From contig NIVC01000264.1 of assembly GCA_002269645.1 (NCBI GenBank), positions 1 to 64,000 of the forward strand: DNA of 64,000 nucleotides. The letters run 5' to 3'. The notes under the pieces were generated by a model that saw only the letters and a program-made list of their open reading frames with translations, made no database searches and had not been told where the DNA came from. This DNA comes from Macrostomum lignano. Taxonomy: Eukaryota. The first letter of the stretch is position 1. Each line of letters opens with the position of its first letter. Both the position numbers and the translations under genes were made by a program. Below are positions 59,001 through 64,000 of this stretch, in pieces.

Positions 59001-60923
59001 AGGCAAGGTGGCCGCTGTTCATACTATAATAATCATTAATTAATTAATTTGTGTGCCATAAAGAGGGACAAAAAATTTCAGCAAGCTCTGACGAATGCTG
59101 CAAGTGAATGAGGGGGAGGAAAATTTCATTTAAACATTTTGCTTGTTTCATTTTCATATTTAGCTGGCTGCGAATGGGCAACATAAATGGTAGATTGGTA
59201 TAAAAATGGGTACACAATGAGAGGGTTGACAATAAGGGGTAGGGGTAGACACAATGGTAGTGACAGACGAGTGGATAAACGGAAGGGAAAGCAGACAGAA
59301 AGGTTGGTACACAGACGGAGGGCAGAGGTATATAGAAATGTAAGTAGACGGAGGGGTAGACGGACAGAGGGGTAGACGGACGGAGGGGGTAGACGGACGG
59401 GGGGTAGACGGACAGATGGGGTAGACGGACAGAGGGGTAGACGGACAGATGGAGTAGACGGACAGATGGGGTAGACGGACAGAGGGGTAGACGGACAGAT
59501 GGGGTAGACGGACAGAGGGGTAGACGGACAGAGGGGTAGACGGACAGATGGGGTAGACGGACAGATGGGGTAGACGGACAGATGGGGTAGATGGACAGAT
59601 GGGGTAGACGGACAGATGGGGTAGACGGACAGAGGGGTAGACAGACAGGGGGGGTAGACGGACAGATGGGTAGATAGACACAGGGGGTAGACGGACAGAT
59701 GGGGTAGACGGACAGATGGGGTAGACGGACAGAGGGGTAGACATGCTAGCTAGGCAGAAGAAGGGTGGATAATGAGGGCTAGAGATATGGGTATATAATG
59801 GGTAGACTATGCGAACAGATTGCCTCAGACTCAACATGAGAATTTTGAACATTTTGAGCAACATTTTGAGCAACATTTTGAGTATAATTCTTCCGCAATG
59901 CAGCAAATGCCTGCTTACCAAACAATATTTTTCTACTTAAAGTATTTCCACTTTCCTCTCACCAGCCTACCCGCAAAATCCCCGTTCCCCATTTTTCCTG
60001 TTCCACCTAAAAATGAAAGAAAGCCGCCGGGGCCAGTCTCAATCGCGGTGAATGGGACCGGGCGAGAGAGGAAGGGAGCAGCTCAATAGAAAGCGACTTC
60101 GCATCCCAGCACTGCTGCTGCCATCCAACCCGGCAGCTTCCTCCAGTCAACACTTCCCCACTCAACACAGCCCTGGCTTGGCGGCACAAAATGGTTGGTG
60201 CAAGAAGCTATGCTGGGGCCGCCACTCAAGTAGAAGATTGAGCAGCGATCGAGAGCGGGGGGCGACTCAAAGTTGAGTCGATTTAGCGAGCGGCTTGACT
60301 ACCGGGAGTACCTGGATAAGTGGGGAACGGAGCTAAGAGGCGCTTCGGAGGTGAGAACTGAGGGGGTGACGGCACAATGGCGAGTCAAGTGGCAAATTAA
60401 ATATTGATGGGGGAAGGGAGGCTGAGGCAGATTCAACCTGGAATCCGAATTCTGGATGCATTCGAATTTTTTTAAATGAAAAAAGCAAACAAATAAGTGC
60501 AGAAATTTTGCATGCGAAAAACACAATGGGCGCACACTTGGTGAAGATAATAAAAGTAAAGAAAAATTGACACAATCAATTGCGGAACTCAAAAACGTAC
60601 CAATAGTGACTTTCGCGGCATGACGTCATCAATAGAGGCGGGGTTGCGCTTGCTATGCAGGGGCCGCAGCCCGGGCATTACCGTTAGAGAGCGGCCAATC
60701 AGAGAGGCCGACTGCCGCCGCCCGCCCGATCGATAAATCCAGGCCAGCCGGTGGGTGGCGTTAGGGCCAGCCAATCGGAGGACGCGCTCGGTGGTCAGCA
60801 GGCGGGGCCCACGGTCGGGCAGAGCCACTGTCTGGCGTCGGGTCTCGATGTGGCAGCCGGGGCAGCTGAGAGCAGCCTTGTAGCTTCCGTCTGGCGCCAC
60901 CGACATGGAGCGGAGCGGCTGGT
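50012..60923 (-). CDS. TENM: Teneurin (Ten-m/Ten-a/ODZ), 3' portion: YD-repeat shell and C-terminal Tox-GHH/TCAP-like domain; 5' exons not found in the window
   Basis: Exons 60923-60682, 57964-57762, 57299-57101, 53631-52732, 52440-51026, 50390-50012 are phase-compatible (~1110 aa). Motifs: GRSLT/INGRSVISVAFDR, YQWQYDSLGRL, TVTDPLGN, YLYDSRDRLV, YIVCDHLGSPLALLD..QLSYS, PFGYRGGIHDP..RVYDPLTGQWAAPDY, ISYG..AWQRE..WSSSQLVEL..GSLPGF..SLEFVSS*. Confidence 0.93.
53665..56260. repeat. GT-rich ~19-bp satellite (GGTTGGTTGGCGTGTTTGG) in a teneurin intron
   Basis: About 2.6 kb; the reverse complement contains CCAACCCCAAACACG, as in 27092-27660. Confidence 0.95.
59345..59742. repeat. ~17-bp satellite (GGGGTAGACGGACAGAT)
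   Basis: Tandem array in a teneurin intron. Confidence 0.9.
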
Positions 60924-61596
60924 CTGCGGTGCAGGTTTAACAGGTCGCAGTGAGTGATTTATTGCTGTACTTGAGTATGCTCAGCAGCCCTGACTTTTGC
61001 ACTCTGTAGCTTGGTGGCTGACCCAAGGACTACTTAAGATGAAGGACAGGAAACTACGTTTCTTAAAACATTTACGGAGGCAGGTTTACCGAAAACGGCA
61101 CTCAATTAGAGTTGATAAAATTGTGTAAAGCATCAGAAAGTTGAGGAGGGGCAGCTAAACTAACGACCATCGGAGGCAAATTGAGGATTTTCCTATTAGA
61201 AGAGAAGGGCAAAGGCATCGAAATTTCCCACATCACAGCAGGCCAACCAGCTCCCCTATAAGCTTGTTGCATTGCGGAGTAGAGTGAAGCGAAGAAGTGA
61301 TGAAGGAATGGGAGGCTGAATGCGGGTTGACTGAGGTCGCGTCCTCGCGGAGAGTGACGCAACAGGTCGGCAGTTTCTAGTGTAAGCTGAGTCCACAAGA
61401 TGTGGGAGCGGCGGTCTCCCATGCGGCTTCTGCTCCCCGACACCCGATACACTTTTGCTCCTTGGAGCCGGGCTGGGCGACTAGTGTGAGCACCCTTGCT
61501 CATAGGGAAAAGACTTTCCATTCTTGGATTTCCCATTCTTGGAGTAATGCTTGATTCAGGATCTGAACTTTCAGCTCAAAATGGTAGGAACCCAAA

Positions 61597-62220
61597 CTAA
61601 CCAGATCCCAGACTAACCAGATCCCAAATTAACCAGATCCCAAATTAACCAGATCCCAAATTAACCAGATCCCAAATTAACCAGATCCCAAATTAACCAG
61701 ATCCCAAATTAACCAGATCCCAAATCAACCAGATCCCAAATCAACCAGATCCCAAATCAACCAGATCCCAAATCAACCAGATCCCAAATTAACAAGATCC
61801 CAAATTAACCAGATCCCAAATTAACCAGATCCCAAATTAACCAGATCCCAAATTAACCAGATCCCAAACTAACAAGATCCCAAATTAACCAGATCCCAAA
61901 TTAACCAGATCCCAAATTAACCAGATCCCAAATTAACCAGATCCCAAATTAACCAGATCCCAAATTAACTAACCAGATCCCAAACTAACCAGATCCCAAA
62001 CTAACCAGATCCTAAATTAACCAGATCCCAAATTTACCAGATCCCAAATCAACCAGATCCCAAATTAATCAGACCCAAAACTAACCAGATCCCAAATCAA
62101 CCAGATCCCAAATTAATCAGACCCAAAACTAACCAGATCCCAAATCAACCAGATCCCAAATCAACCAGATCCCAAACAAACCAGATCCCAAACTAACCAG
62201 ATCCCAAATTAACTAGACCC
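61597..62220. repeat. 16-bp satellite (AACCAGATCCCAAATT)
   Basis: About 38 copies; shares the AGATCCCAA core with 20990-22290. Confidence 0.93.
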
Positions 62221-63325
62221 CAATCTTCTGAATCCTCAAATAAACCTGATGTCAAAGTCTACTCTCTTACGCTGTCGCTGTTTCACATTCTAAGAAAGCA
62301 GTTTAACCTTTCCATATCTCTATCTCCTTTAAAACCTCCAAATCTTTGAGCAGTACTTAGATGTTGAGAAATACGTACTCAGACCCCTGGAATCAGCTGC
62401 GTGTGCACCGCAATAAAACTACAATGGGATTTGCGCCACGGATACAGGTAAGAAAAGGCCGCCCAGGGGGGGGGGGTTGTCAATCACAGTCACGCAGGGC
62501 GGTGCCACATCGCCCCTCCCCCCACAAGTTTCCAAGTGCCTTAAGGGGTTGAGGGCAACAAAAGAGGGCACTGAGGTGAACTTGTCCCCTGCTCTGTTTA
62601 CACTCTCAGTCGCGCATCCTCACAGCTTCTCTGGGTGCCTCATCTGGGATTCCACGCTCCAGCGTCTCTTTCATTCACCTTATAGATCTCCTGAGTTCAG
62701 CCTCAGCTTAGCCTCCCTACCTTGTCCCCAATTTTAATTAGCACGAGTGTGAGAACACAGTGAGTCAGGCCTTGCCTTTGCTGCTCCTGCCAAAAGCAGA
62801 AATTCTTATTCCTTCATTTTCTGTCGGCTCGTTCTTTGTAGCTACCCAATTTTTTCTTCTTTTGCGGGAACACACCTTTCTTCCACGCTTTGCACTGCTT
62901 TTACTTAACAATGGAAATCGTCCTAAGGACCTGTTCATCCAGCATGTCAAACTCTCAAGAGTCCACAAGATGCTTCATTTCCATGAAAGCGGCCACTTCA
63001 AAGTCTCACCGACCCTTCTTGACTGACCGCCGCCGAAATTAAATGTAGAAGTGACCATTGTCTGGCAATCAATACAGTTGGTGACTTACAACAGAAGTGA
63101 CCCACTTGACAACTCTAAGGGGCGCAGTCTCTTAGAATCAGAGTTAAACGAGATCAAAGGACGGCTTGGTAAATGAGAAAAAATTTGAAGTGTCACTCGC
63201 AAGCTGTCAATTTCCAAGATTAATAAGACTTGCCAGTTGGTAAATAATTGTACAATAATTCTGCAGTTGCCACGCATGTGTGTTGCTATGCCTGGCGGCC
63301 TATTGTTAAAGCTGTCAAATTTATT

Positions 63326-64000
<675 letters not shown>

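Noticed and set aside
61000-63300. Further teneurin exons or a decayed retroelement
   Set aside because: There are no recognisable teneurin, RT or endonuclease motifs, the frames are interrupted, and I could not support a call.

Overview
Eukaryotic (invertebrate animal) genomic DNA with GT-AG spliceosomal genes, in which most larger introns are filled by their own tandem minisatellite. The style resembles the flatworm Macrostomum, but that is an inference from sequence style. Most long entries in the ORF track are repeat artefacts. Splicing by hand gives these genes: (1) a NipSnap-family gene (-, 2247-4184); (2) a complete 26-exon phospholipase C-beta (+, 5422-28755, ~1225 aa); (3) a Fer2/PTF1-family bHLH gene nested antisense in a PLC-beta intron (-, 19515-20444); (4) a divergent RAPGEF2/6 (PDZ-GEF)-like gene that appears to lack its PDZ domain (-, ~29894-40347); (5) an intronless secreted protein with a Tyr/Lys/Arg-rich (YRKYRQDK)x14 block and a (KPDQKPD)x16 block (+, 43811-44908), which is the best candidate for something undescribed (adhesive, eggshell or cement-type protein); (6) the 3' half of a teneurin (-, 50012-60923, 5' part not found in the window). 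The window also holds a tRNA-derived SINE, a hAT/MER58-like MITE and about 40 satellite arrays. There is no CRISPR array and no prokaryotic system.
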